Shown here piece after piece: positions 1-12,745 of a stretch of DNA of 64,000 bases. How positions within the stretch are numbered: the stretch's first letter is position 1; each line of letters begins with the position of its first letter. The notes under the pieces are model-generated. The model ran no database searches, was not told the DNA's origin, and saw nothing but the letters and a program-made list of their open reading frames with translations. The stretch comes from the human T2T-CHM13v2.0 reference genome, Homo sapiens. The translations under genes were made by a program, and so were the position numbers. The DNA lies in assembly GCF_009914755.1 (NCBI RefSeq), contig NC_060927.1; one strand, given 5' to 3'.

Positions 1-1834
1 CTGTTTATAAAGCCCAGATTGTTGGTTTGATTTTCCTGGGTTCTGACAAGTGAAAGAGGGCTCTGGAAGAACAATGGGGAGGTTCAGTTCAGAGCAAGGG
101 CTCTGATATAGCAGACCAGCCAGCCTCAGTACCCAGACTCTCTGCTGTGCGCTTTTCAACATCACTACTTAGTTGGGTGTTTCATGAATACACCTGACAT
201 AGAAGGTAGGATTTTCTCTGCGTCCTCCTCGTGGTCACCTCTGATCTGCAGAAACACATTGAAGAGCCAAGTGCTTTGTTCCGGGAAAACATCTCCTTCT
301 GTTGGTTTTATTCCCCTAACTGGTGTTTTTCTGTGGTTTCTCTTTTCTCTTCTTTCCTGGGAATGAAGTACTGTGGCTGTTATGCCAGAGCCTATTCTTT
401 TCTTGTTTGAGTTCAACAAATCTCCAGCATCTGAAAGGAGTGGCTGCCTCCAGCCTTGGGCTTCTGCATTGAAACAGGCTTTTCACTCTCTCATGCACAA
501 CCAAATCTTCTACTTTAATAATCACTTTCCTCTCTTCTGGAGATTTGCAGTTTAAAAGATGTGATTTATACAAAATTAATGCAAAATAGGAGTCTACATT
601 AGGAGAACCCCAGTGCCCTCTGCTTTTCCCTGCTTCCTTTCCACTGCATTGAGGGCCACCTTGCTCTTTCCAGCTCAGCTTGGCCCCAGCAGTTGACACC
701 CACAGAGATCCACACCGTCTTGATCTTGTCTTCTCATTCTTTATTTGCTGGCTCACCAGATAATCTGTGAGTGTAACATTTTTCCCAGTCACAGAGAGTC
801 AGGATCCAGATGGACACAGGGGTGGTCTTGGTGTCCTGTGCAGAAGGAGTGTGTAGGAGAGTGAGTGGCTATCCTTCCAACATCACGCAGAGAGAAGATG
901 AGCTGGGAGAGAATCATCTCTGTTACCAATGCATTTTTTCCACAAGGAAAATAAGAAAGCCACAGCTTTGAAGTGGAAATTTTCCAGGCTTGGATGAAGC
1001 TAAAAATTAAAATATGGTGCTAGGACCTTTTACGTGCAGATACAGAATCTGAAAACATGCACTTTTCCAGTTAAAAATGCTCAAATATCTTCCCAGCACT
1101 CATGTAAGCAAAAGTGAATTCTGTATTTATAAGCTCTAAGAGGAAAAGCCACCCGAATGTTAAGCAGGGCAGCTTAAATTTCTATTCAAGTTTCAACTGC
1201 TAGAGAAAGTGGGCTGATAACAGAAGAGCGAGCCAGGTTTATCTTCTGCATTTTGAAAAGGATGGACAGGGTGAAGGAGTTTATGCAATTCAAATCCAAA
1301 TTGAAATGAGCATGGGTCCCTTCATAAGGCTGTCCTCTACTTTTCCCTTTAGTTACAGCAAAATGTCCCAATTTCTGTAGCCTTTGCCAACCCATCTCTG
1401 GACTGGCAAACAGGCTTGAAGATGAGTTAGGGGCTGGGGAGAAGCAAGGAACTAGAATATTTCCTTTGACTCCCTCTTTAGTTTTCTTCACACATCTGCC
1501 AGCAGGGAGGTGTAGCCTTCCTAGGATCAATGGGGAGATGAAGAAATAGAAGCATTTTACAGGTACACCAGGACACATATTGTGGCATGTTGAGGCCAGG
1601 GGCTAAGCTCTAACTAAGATGCCACCTAGATCACCGAGACCTCCAGCTGCTCACGGGCCCATAAGCTCCTTCGTGCCCTCCCTGCAGAAGTCATCTCAGA
1701 CCTGTTGAGCTGTATTTGACTTGAGTCTTCTGGCTGCTGAGCTTGTTCTTTACCAGTTTTCCTTGGCCTTGGCTGCCCTCTTCCATAATCTGGTGCACTG
1801 GATGTGGATTGCCTCATCAGCACAAGGGGGACAA

Positions 1835-1935
1835 TCACAGAACCTGTCTCATAAGCTTATTGAGGATTAACAGAAACACTGAGACCATGCCTGGCACACG
1901 GTGAGCACCCAATAATGGTTGCTCTTGTTGTCGTG
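1835..1935 (+). mobile_element. MIR SINE 3' fragment
   Basis: ACCTGTCTCATAAGCTTATTGAGGATTAA...CCATGCCTGGCACACGGTGAGCACCCAATAATGG resembles the MIR 3' consensus. Confidence 0.65.
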
Positions 1936-4931
1936 AATATTACTGTTATTATTCAGACAGTGATTATTTCCACCCCCACTGATGTGTTGTTGCTGACCTT
2001 TCTCTTTGTGGAGTGACCTGATGATTTCCTCTGCCAAGGGCCTGCTCCTTCATCGATGGCCCCACTAAGCATGCTGGTCTCCACTGTAAATCTCAATGGC
2101 GCTAACCTTCTCCACACCCTGCTCTCTGCTCTGAAGCCTTGGCTCATCAGGGATAATTCCCTGAGGTGCCAGGTTCAGGGGGAAGCCCTGCTTGGGCAGA
2201 TTTGCTGGAAAGCACCACAGGTTTGGTGGTGACAGAAACCGCAATCTGTATGCCGACTGCGGCTATTGTCGTCAGGCCCTGCCCAAGAGCCCTTGGGTGT
2301 CCAAGCGAGTGGAGGTTGGCGAAGGGTGAGCCTAGTGGCTCTGCCTCCTAATGGCGAGCAAGGGAGCTGGATGGGGGTCCCTCCTGGTGAGTGTCATGCT
2401 CCTTGCGTAATATCTGCCTGTCACCAGGGGGCTGTATGGAGTGTGGGCCTGGGCCACACAGGGCCCTGCAATGAGATGACTGATACTTGGAGGGTTTTTC
2501 TGAAAAGCAGAGGGCAGAGGTGATCCATGATTCTCTGCCACAATCAGAGTTAAGTCAGGGAACCTGGGGCCCAGCCCAGCCCTCTACCATATTTATTCCT
2601 GAAGGGCAGTTATCTTCTTGGTCAGCACATCATCTGTAGGGTTCTGGAAGAGTCCAACCTTATTTTGGCCTGGGGGGCCTTGAATGGCCACAGCATCTGT
2701 AAGGAAGGGATACCCCAATCCCAGATCCTTTCTAATCCTCTGGACTCAGACCTGAGTCTCCTGGCAATGTCATTCTTGGGTCAGGGGTGAGGGAGGGTGG
2801 GGAAAGGAGCAACTGCTGGTGGGCAAAGAAAGGGCCAGTGAAGGAGCGGCCCTGCAGGGACCCTCAGTGCAGGCCAGCAAAGCAGGGGTTGGTTACATCA
2901 CACGCAGGCCTCTTAAGGCGCTCCTCACATCACAGGTGTGTTCGATCTTCTGGCACCATCTTTTCTTCTGCCCAGGATATTTTCTCCACGGGTCTTTTCA
3001 GGGCCACAGCTCATCCACAACTCAAGGTGGCATTTCCTCTGGGCAGCCTCCCCTGACCACCCACTTTGAAGTGGCCAGCCCCCGTCATTCCCTTGCACTG
3101 TTGATTGGCATGTTGAATGGATGATGGATGAATGGCCACTTCTCCCTTTGGGGCCTTTATTCCTCCTCACACACCCTCCTTCATCTTGGCTTGAAAACCC
3201 TAGGATTGTCTGTGAAAGAAAGACCGTGCCTGGTTGTGGACATCAGCCCAAGTGGGCTGTGTCTGCACTCCCTCCATGGGGAGAAACATCTTTCTGCTCT
3301 GACAGCTGGGGCTGTCAGTGCTGCGACAAAGGGTGGAGGTTAAAGCCCTTCCATGGTAGCTCTTCTTCCTACTGGGAGGAGCCCAAGCTGTATGTGGAGT
3401 GTAGCACCCCCCTGTGTTTCATCACTAAATAATCCTTAGGTTCCATGATGACTTGGGGCCTCTCTGATTAATCCCAGGAAGGCAAATAAATCAATGTTAT
3501 CTCTTGGGCCAGCTGACATCGATTCCGGAGTCTGTGGGGTGGGCTGTGGTGAGAGGGACCTTACCCTAGGTGGATGAGTGTGCCTGGGAAGGCAGTTGGG
3601 GGGTGACTGCACATGGGCCAAGCGTTTTGTGATCCCAGCGAATCAACTTCATGGCCAGCCTCCTATAAGTTACACTTTTATATTCATCTCATCACTCCAA
3701 ATATCATTCCTATAAATGGATGTCATTAACAGTCCCATTTTCAGATGAAAAAAAATCACTTGATCATGATGACACCAAGTGCTGCTCATGGCAGGATGGG
3801 GCTGAGAAGCTGAGTGTGTAGGATTTCCAGCCCAGTCTCCACTGACTCCTCTTCATCTAAAGGAGGAGAGCCTGACCTCCTTTTTCTGACCCTGTCATCT
3901 AAAATCCAAGCCCTATCGAATGGCACTGATTCAGCTTCTCTCTGTACTTGGTGGCAGGCCAACCCCCATGCTCCCAACTCCCTGGAGACTCCAGACAAGT
4001 GACGGTAGAGTCTGCACGCTAGCAGGTGATACAGGGCTTCGGCACAATCTGTAGTCTGGAAGCAATTTTGTGTTTTCTAGGCACCCATCTGTGAGAGGAG
4101 AGCAATGTCTGTACAGGGTCTGTTTGCTTATGGAGGAAACAACTGCTGCTCAGGAGTGGGAATGTCTGCCCTGTCACGTGTGTCATTTCGTTTTCAAGCA
4201 GAGGAGTTCCAGGGATCCTCAGGACATGGATCCAGCCTTCAGGGGAGCTCAGCTTTCAGGCCTTGGGAAGCACCTTGACATTTTCCTTCCACATTGGAAT
4301 GAAGTTTGTGCAGTGCTGGGTGTGCTGTGGACCAGCCTGGAGCTCAGGCCTACCCTGGAACTCTGACTCTAGGCAGTCTTCAGAAGACCTCTGCAGCCTC
4401 CACTTGGAGGGCAGGGAGTGGGGGTGGAGGGCACTGTCGGGGAGGCATGGTCTGGAGGATGTCATGTGTCAGTTCTTGATTGTCTCCCAATAGATGAGGA
4501 AAACATCCCTACTTATCACTTTCTATTTTCTTATTTTCCCAGTGTGCTGGACTGTGGGGTGGAGGAGGAGACATGGATTCATGGGCTTTTCACACCATTT
4601 GAGGGTTGACAGGGCAATTCCCAGGAGTAGTTAGGAACAGAAAAGACACCTTAGACCCCTGATGCATGAAGTTCATCATCATCATCATCTTTACCATCCT
4701 TCTCAGCTGCAGGGCTTCAGGGATTGTGGAGTGTTTTTGCTAGCTCTTCTAGGTAGGGAGTGAGATTGGTCCTGAGATTGGCCTGCGATGTTCCTTTACT
4801 CTCCTCATTGCACAAAGATTCTACACTGGGCAGCTTGTTGACCCCCCAAAACACCCAGATCTTGCATGCTTCAGTGCCTTCGCCCTGCTGTTTCTTCTGC
4901 CTAGAATGACCTTCCATGCTTCTTTGACTAG

Positions 4932-5351
<420 letters not shown>

Positions 5352-6107
5352 TGACTATACCTGGTGAGTTTGCAAGGTAGTAGACTGATGGACCCAGAGA
5401 TTTGTTCCAGGCTGGGAGTTGTAGGACGTGGACTATGGAGGTCATTGTGTCTATGGTGATTAAACCACTGTAGGAGAATGGACTTTGGGGCTAGATAAGA
5501 CTCTGGTTAGAAGCGGGCTCTGGTTGCAGTATATACTGAGGCTTTGGATTCTTGAGCCTTGGTTTCTCCTTCTATAGAAATGTGACAATAGGGCCTGTCT
5601 CATAGGCTGCTGGGGAGTCATGGCAGGCAAAGGCCACAGTTGTGCTCAGACATGATGACTGTCATGGAGATTGTTCTGGCTGAGAAGCCATGGCCCTTGG
5701 AAGCAGGAATCTTACCTTTTACATCTTTAGGTCTCCTAGTGGTCCCAGCAAAGTGCCTGTGCTTGCTGGCTGCTCATTTTTTATTTTTATTTTTTTTGTA
5801 GTAGTAATAGCTGAATAGAGATAACCTAAAAAGGATTTGGAACCAGGAATAAATAGAATAAAATGGTAGTCAAGGAATAAGACTGGTGGTGTGTGGGTAG
5901 GGCAGCTTAGAGGGTGGGTGGAGAGGTAGAATCTTGGTCCTGAGAAATCAGGATATTTTAAGTACACATCTAAAATAACATGGACTTCAGGCCTCCAGGA
6001 TGTCATGACTCCTCTTCCTCCTGCCCTCCTGCCTGGGTTAACGGGGCCCAGTGAGGAGGTAGACCTGGCAGAGAGATGGGAAAAAGCATGTGAGGACATA
6101 AGAGCAA

Positions 6108-6320
6108 GTGTGTGTGGTGTGCATTTGTGTGTGGCCATGGGTGTATGTAGGTGTGAGGAGGACCTGGGTGCATGTGTGTGTGTGAGCACAGGTGTATGTA
6201 GGTGTGAGGGGGCATGGGTGTGTACATGGTGTGCATTTGTGTGTTGGTACAGGTGGATGTAGTTGTGAGAGGCACATGGGTGTGTGTTGGAGGGTGTTGT
6301 GTGCATACATTGTGTTGGAA
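6108..6320. repeat. TG-rich degenerate tandem repeat, about 3 copies of a 50-60 bp unit
   Basis: Core GGTGTATGTAGGTGTGAGG recurs near 6140, 6191 and (degenerate) 6252; GGTGTGCATTTGTGTGT occurs twice. Confidence 0.7.
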
Positions 6321-6519
6321 GGTCTCAATGGACCAACAGACACATTTATGTCCTCACATAGCATACAGTTGCATGGGGAAGAATGATGTTAATGAAATTG
6401 TTAGTTGCAAATGTGGTGACTGGTCTGATGAAAAATTAGGGGACTCTAAGAATTCATACAGTACCTAATTTAATTCACACTTGGGGCTTGGGATGTGGAA
6501 CTTCTTTTTAAAAAAAAAA

Positions 6520-6905
6520 CTTTTTAAATCTTATTATAATTTTATTGAGCATAGTTTAAATATTTTTACATTAATATGTACATATTTTCTTTCTTTAACA
6601 TAACCACAATATTATTATCACATCTAAAATAATTAACACTAATTCTTTAGTGTTATCAAATACCCAGTCAGTGTTTAGATTTTCCTGTGTGTCTCATAAA
6701 AGTTTTACAGTTGGTTTATTTAAATCAGGATCTAAACAAAATCTACACGTAACACTTGGTTGATTTGTCTCTTAAAAGACTCCTTAGGCTCCTTCGCCCT
6801 TCTTATTTTTTCTTATTTTTCATTTAATTTATTTGTTGGATAAACCAGGCTACATGTCCTATAGCATTTCCCAGGGTCTGGGTTTTGCTGATTGTATCCC
6901 CATGG
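6520..6905 (-). mobile_element. Old L1M (L1MC/ME-type) 3' fragment
   Basis: AT-rich tract with CATAACCACAATATTATTATCACATCTAAAATAATTAACA...AAATCAGGATCTAAAC, typical of antisense L1M 3' UTR relics. Confidence 0.55.
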
Positions 6906-7271
6906 TGTTGTTTCCTGGTTCCTTGGTTCCCTGGACATCCTGCAAACTGAGAGTTACACCTGGAGGCTTGGGCAGGTTTGGGCCCAGTTTGGTTTCCCCA
7001 CAGGCTTCTCACCTGCTGGCTTGGCAGCCACTGGTGGCCCATATGGGAAAGGCATCTCACTGAGTGCAGCCTCTAAGCTACAGCCAGCAGGGCAAGAAGA
7101 GTCATCCAGGGGAAAGGAATGGTGGCGTTCAAGGCAAAGGAAGCCATGGGTGCAGCTTGGGCATGAGAGAGGATGGGGGTGGAACTGAGGGCAATTCTGG
7201 GGAGCTGTGTGGGTGGCCAGGGAGAACTGCAGGAGGCAGAGACAGAGCAAAGCTGTAGAAATGTGGACTAC

Positions 7272-7412
7272 TCCCTCAGCCTCTGTATCTTCATCTGTCA
7301 AGTGAACGCAGTACCTGTAACTACCTCTTAAAGGGGTTGTGGATGTTAAAAGAGTGGATGTGACATATTCAGCACCAGTGACTGGCCAATAGGAAAGGAG
7401 CAATACTTGTTA
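7272..7412 (+). mobile_element. MIR SINE
   Basis: CCTCAGCCTCTGTATCTTCATCTGTCAAGTG...TACCTCTTAAAGGGGTTGTGGATGTTAAA matches the MIR core. Confidence 0.65.
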
Positions 7413-7469
7413 TTTGTGATGCTGATGACAGTGACAATGTGGAGGAGGAGGGAAAGGGAGCTTGTACTT

Positions 7470-7835
7470 TTCTCTGAGATCCATGGGCAGCTATTGAAAG
7501 CTTTTGCATAAGGGACAGATATAATCAAATTTGCATTTATAGAAGTCCGACCTGTCTGTGAGATGAAGAGTGAATTTGGGAGGTGCAAGAAAGGGGGCGA
7601 GACAGTAGTTAGGGGCTGATGCAGGTGCCTAGGAGAGAGGGGGCTGTGGCTGTATGGGAGCAATGTCAGTGGATATAGAGATAGATGGAATTATTGGGAG
7701 ATATTCAGAGAGGAAGGACAGAGAAGAAGTGATAGAAAAGTGGATGAGAGAGGGGAGCCAGGAGTCCAGGAGGGTGTACAAGTTTTTGGCTTGAGTCACT
7801 GGCAGGAGGAAGGTGCCACCCAGTGAGATGGGAAG
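7470..7835 (-). mobile_element. L2 LINE fragment
   Basis: Purine-rich GGGCAGCTATTGAAAGCTTTTG...AAGTTTTTGGCTTGAG...GGTGCCACCCAGTGAGATGGG, typical of antisense L2. Confidence 0.6.
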
Positions 7836-10800
7836 TGGTCTCCAAAACTCCAGGATCCCAGACCAAGCATCAGTCCCAAGACTTTTATATTTATGTATAT
7901 AGTGAATGTGTGCATGTGCTACTGTGCTAATGCATTTTGTGCATTTTAATATATGCAATAAAAGGAAATTATTTAAAAATCAGATAAAGATGAAATAAAC
8001 AATATTTTAACAGATCTTGCTATGATTAAAATGGCTTCTTCATCTCATTAGCTGGTACAGCAGGCAGAATAAACACTCAGGGTAAGGTTCATCATTAATG
8101 ATAGTGGAAGTATAACTGTATTTCATATAGCCTTCTTGATTATTTGATATTTTTGCCAATTTCTTGTCATATCTGATTAGATTATCCTAGTTTTTAGCTC
8201 TTCGTGTGGCTGATGAAGAGCTATTACTGGGAGTAGGGTGAGTGTCAGCAGCCTCAGGCTCTTGGGCTTTATTTATGCTTTAAGGTTTCAGAGTGGTTCG
8301 ACTTGAGTATCTTTTGCAGCAATTTTGAAAGCCACTTATTCCATCTCTATAACGGTTAGTTTAGTCTAAACCAGATAATGTGGCCTGGAAATGCTCTTCA
8401 CCAGGCATCTGTAAATTGCCATATTCCATGCTGATAATGAACATGGAGTTAGGGCACCCTGGCCACCCTTCCGCAGGTTGCCCTTGCAGGCTTTTCAGGA
8501 CACATGGTCCTGACTATGGCCCAAGTTGAGGGTACTAGGTCCCATTTGTATATTCGGTATTACTAAAACTTATGTTTCTCTCATCTTATTTGATGTATTA
8601 AAAATAAATAGAAATAAAAGTGCGGGCACTCCACTTGGAGCTCTGGGTGGCTCCGTGCCAAGCTGGGGACAACAAAGAGCTTATCTGGAGGTCGTTGGAA
8701 GGAGCAGGGCTCTGAGAGCCTGCTCAGGGCTCCAGTCTGGGCTCCTGCATTCCAGGCATCCCCTGAAGCTTTAGGGTAGCTCCTACTGGTGCTGGCAAAA
8801 CAAGGGTGAGTGTATGGAATGAGAGAGGCTGACTCTTCACATCCAACCTCTCTGGCCTCTTCAGCAGTGTGCCCAGGAGAGAAGCCTCAGCTTGCCTCAA
8901 GGCCTGGGATGTGCTGACGTGCACAGTGAGCACCGGCACTTTTAGCAGCATCATTTGTCATTAAAATGAATTTGCTTGGGATCGCTGCTGCCCTTTCTGA
9001 GAATCTCCTTCTCAGAAGGTCCTTGGGGCTGGAAGTTTGGGGTCCTTTCACTGTCCACTCATGTATACTTCCCTTCCACCCAGCCTGGACTGTGTACGCC
9101 TGGACCAGGTTTTATTCTAGGGATGGGAATGATGGGGCCTTGGTAAATGGAGGGACCAAAGGTAAGAATTCTATCAAAGGTAAGAATTAGGTAATAGATT
9201 AACCAGACAGAGTTGGAAGGAAAGATTTGTGAAGTTATTAAAAATTGCTTGGTGTTCTAAAGCTGGTTATTATTCCATTGTTGCTAATTCTGGGTCCCAG
9301 TGAATCCACAGGAGAGAAGTTTCACTGTGACCCCACCGCAGCCAGATGTGCCCACGAAGGAAAAAGCCTGAAGGCATTTCAGGCCCTAATTGGTTGTTTC
9401 TGTAATGTTTTTCATTGATTGTGCAGCGGCAGTGCAAGCAGCTGCCCAGGGAGCAGAGCAGGCAAGCACCGGGGGCCTTTTCAGGAGGGTGTGTCTACCT
9501 GTCATGAGGCTGTCTGCTGCTGGCCTAGGAGATCTCCAAGCCCTTTTGGATCCCCCAGCCCTGGAAAGGAGGCTGGCTCCAGGTGGGAGAAGAGGTAGCA
9601 CTCTTGCCCAATTAGGAGCCTGTAGCTCCCAGGCTTTCCTCCTCTGAGTGAACATTTCTTTCTGAGGCTGGATTCTGCCCTCTGATTATCGCAACACATC
9701 GCCTGTTTGCTTTTTCTTGGTTTAACTCCCACACTAATTTTGTGCATGAATGAGTACAGTGAAACCAGTTTAATTTGCTGTTAATTCTCTGTTCAAAATA
9801 TTCTCTTCTGTTTAAGGGACATAGTCGCTTTCATCTCTGAGGCAGCGTGTGAAAGCAGGCAGCTGCTAGGGTGGTGGAGGGGTGCCTGCGAGTGGGTGTC
9901 AGCCTGGGCCAGTGTGTCTGTGGTCTGTGGTCTGTGGTGGGGGGTGGCAGGTAAGCACCATGGGGGTGGACATTTCTCAGAAGCAACAACCCACAGTTTT
10001 TGGGGCTTTACACTTGCTGAGCCAGCGGATGGTTTGACTCTGCATGGGAAAAAGTTCATAGCTGGGAGAAATACCTCCTCACCAAGGGGCTATGGCTGAG
10101 AGATTTTGGCACACACACTGAGTAGCTAGTCTCTTGGAGATCACGAGTATGGGATGGGGAAGTGAATTCTACAGCTGATCACAGATAGTCAGGGAAGACA
10201 TCTGACTGTCATTTAGGAAACACAAACTTTAAACATTCCTTCAAAGTGTCTAAATATAGTGTTTATACAATTTGTTCAAGCTTAGTTGGTGAAAGAGATC
10301 TGTTTTTGACAAAATGTTCTTGTTTGGGTCTGCTATGCCTAGCTCTTTTACTTCTCTGCTTTAACCAGGGGCCTTTTAGGGGAGCGGGCTTTGCACCAGG
10401 TGGCAGAGTGCCCAGTCACAGGACTGCACTTGGAGAGACAAATGATCTCTACAGGAGCTGAAACTGTAAAACAAAAGTAATGGGGCATGATTCCACAGCA
10501 CTGGTCACCATGAGTCAGCCCCTGAGACCATGTGGGAGTGGTTGTGGCTGTGGGTGAGGGTCCTGCTTCACTCCCCAATAGCTGCATCAGTACCCACCTC
10601 CAGTGCAGTGTTTCTTTAGAATACTCTTGTAAGTTGCAGGTAGAGAAGATTGGATAGACACTGGGGATCAGCCTTCCTCCACTTTCCTCTTTGGAGCTAT
10701 CCAAAGTGCTGGCTGAGGGGGCCCCAGGAGCCTCTCTCTGAAGCCGACATATTTTCTCTGTGAGTTTCCACATGCTGCTGGCCTACCAAACTGATCGTGG

Positions 10801-12029
10801 AGTGTGCGCACTGCAGCCACTCCCCGCCACACCTTCCACACATTTCTCTTGTCACTTTCCGCATGTCAGGCATTTCTCTTGTCATTCCCGGCATTACTGA
10901 CTGCCCAGCATTGCCAACCAGGGGGCAGGGCAAGCATTCTGCTTTGGGAAGCACATGTGGTTTATCCATCAGCCCAGCACATCTGTAGGGACCACCCGCT
11001 GGGAAAAGGTGCAATGGAGTGGAAGCCTAAGGAAAAGAGGAAGAGCAAAGGCAGCAGGTGGTGAGGTGGTTTTACAAGGGCCAGTCAGTGTGGCCTGTGG
11101 AGTACACCACACTTCTGGCCTCCTCTTTTCCTGTGCTGAGGTCTGGCCAAATCTGGACTGACTCTTGGCTTATGTTTCCTCTTGGTGCTGACCAGGAGCC
11201 TTGCTGTGGACATTTCCTCCCAACTGCCCTCTAAGCTGTGAAAGCCAGGCAGAGCCTTGCCGTTTCCCCATGATTCCCAGGCAGTCCTTGGACTGTTTCG
11301 ATTGAGCATCTTGCTGTTGGCTTCCCTTCTGAAGCCCCCTTTGCCCATCTGCTAGCTTCACTCCTCTGCCACCTGATTTTGCAGTATTGAATTTTCTCTT
11401 GGCTGATCTCCTTTCTCATACCTCTGATTGGTGGTTTCCATAAGATCAGAGGAGACTCTTCCGAGAGCCCAGGGCCCATGGCCCTTCTGAGCGCTCCCAT
11501 GGTGATGCGATCCCATTGATGTGCCAAGTCTACAGAAACCCAGCTGACAAACACACTAATTATACACGTTCCTCTGCAAATTCATTAATGGCAAATGAGG
11601 CCTGTGTTCCCCATGTTTATTCTGTTTCCCTTTATACCCCTTTGGAAGGACTCAAATTCCTTTTTGAATTTTGTTGAAACCATTTAGCCCGAGGGGATAG
11701 CATCATAGATCAGAATTAGGCCAGTCATCTTCTGTAGGTACACTCTATTTAGATGACTTAGTAATATAAATTTTATTTAATTTTATTTTTGTTCATTGAG
11801 TATCCTCTGGGTTCCAGCTGGTGATTTTCTGGTATTCTAGAGGTCACACAAACTTTTGTGGACGTTTATAGGTATGCTGATAGCTGTAAGAGTTTTTTCT
11901 TTTAATTGTACAATAAAATAATGAATGAAGTGATCAAACGTGAAAAGACAAGTTTTAAATATCACTGATCAAATTCTTCTAGCATGTTTGTCCAGGCCAC
12001 AACCCTTCACTATCTAGTGGTGGGAAAAT

Positions 12030-12155
12030 TATATATCATGGGCCAAATCCAGCCTATAGTTTGCTTACATGAGGTAATGGCAATGGCAGAATTGAGTAGT
12101 TGCAACAGAGATCTTATGGCTCCCAAAGCCTAACATATGAAGTTTGCCAGCCGCC
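12030..12155. mobile_element. MER58-like hAT-Charlie DNA transposon relic
   Basis: GGGCCAAATCCAGCC...GGCAGAATTGAGTAGTTGCAACAGAGA...CCCAAAGCCTAA...AAGTTTGCCAGCC. Confidence 0.65.
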
Positions 12156-12499
12156 AGAGCAGACCATCATAACACTTATCAGAGCAGCCAGTGTGGTCAG
12201 TGGTAAACCAAGGCCCTCTTGGAGAATGTGCTCCTGGGTTGGGCTGGAGGACTTTACCTAGACCTGTGCTGCTTTGCAGCCCAGAGGCTATCACCCCAGA
12301 GGTCTAGGGAGTTGAGCCACCATTCAACTGATGGTGTTGTGTTCAGTTTGTGTAATGAGATCTCAAACAGTAGGGCCAATGCTTGTCTCTTAATGGTCTT
12401 CTAAGATAAGATAATGCCTGTGAAAATAGTTTATAAACTCTAATGGCTAGACAAGTGCTATTTATAAAAGGCATATATCTGAATCCAACTGTTTAGAAA

Positions 12500-12745
12500 T
12501 AATAATAATTAGCATTGATAAGTGATTATTATGGGCCAGGTGCAGTGTTAAACACTTCACAAAAAGTACCTCATTCGATCTTCAAATTAACGTGGGAAAC
12601 AGGTATATTGCATCCATGCTACTGATAAGAAATCTGGGGCTCAGAGAGGTTGTGTGGGTTACCCAGTGCCACATTGCCATTATCAACACAGCTTAGATTG
12701 GAACCTTTATCTTTTGACTTCAACTCCAGTGCTCTCTTAGTTGCA
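12500..12745 (-). mobile_element. MIR SINE, near full length
   Basis: GCCAGGTGCAGTGTTAAACACTTCACA...GGGGCTCAGAGAGGTT...CCCAGTGCCACA...TTTGACTTCAACTCCAGTGCTCT. Confidence 0.7.

Noticed and set aside
5719-6306. 195-aa His/Thr-rich ORF
   Set aside because: Artefact of the TG-rich repeat.
7368-7384. REST/RE1-like TTCAGCACCAGTGACTG
   Set aside because: Right half-site has two mismatches to GGACAG and it lies within a decayed MIR.
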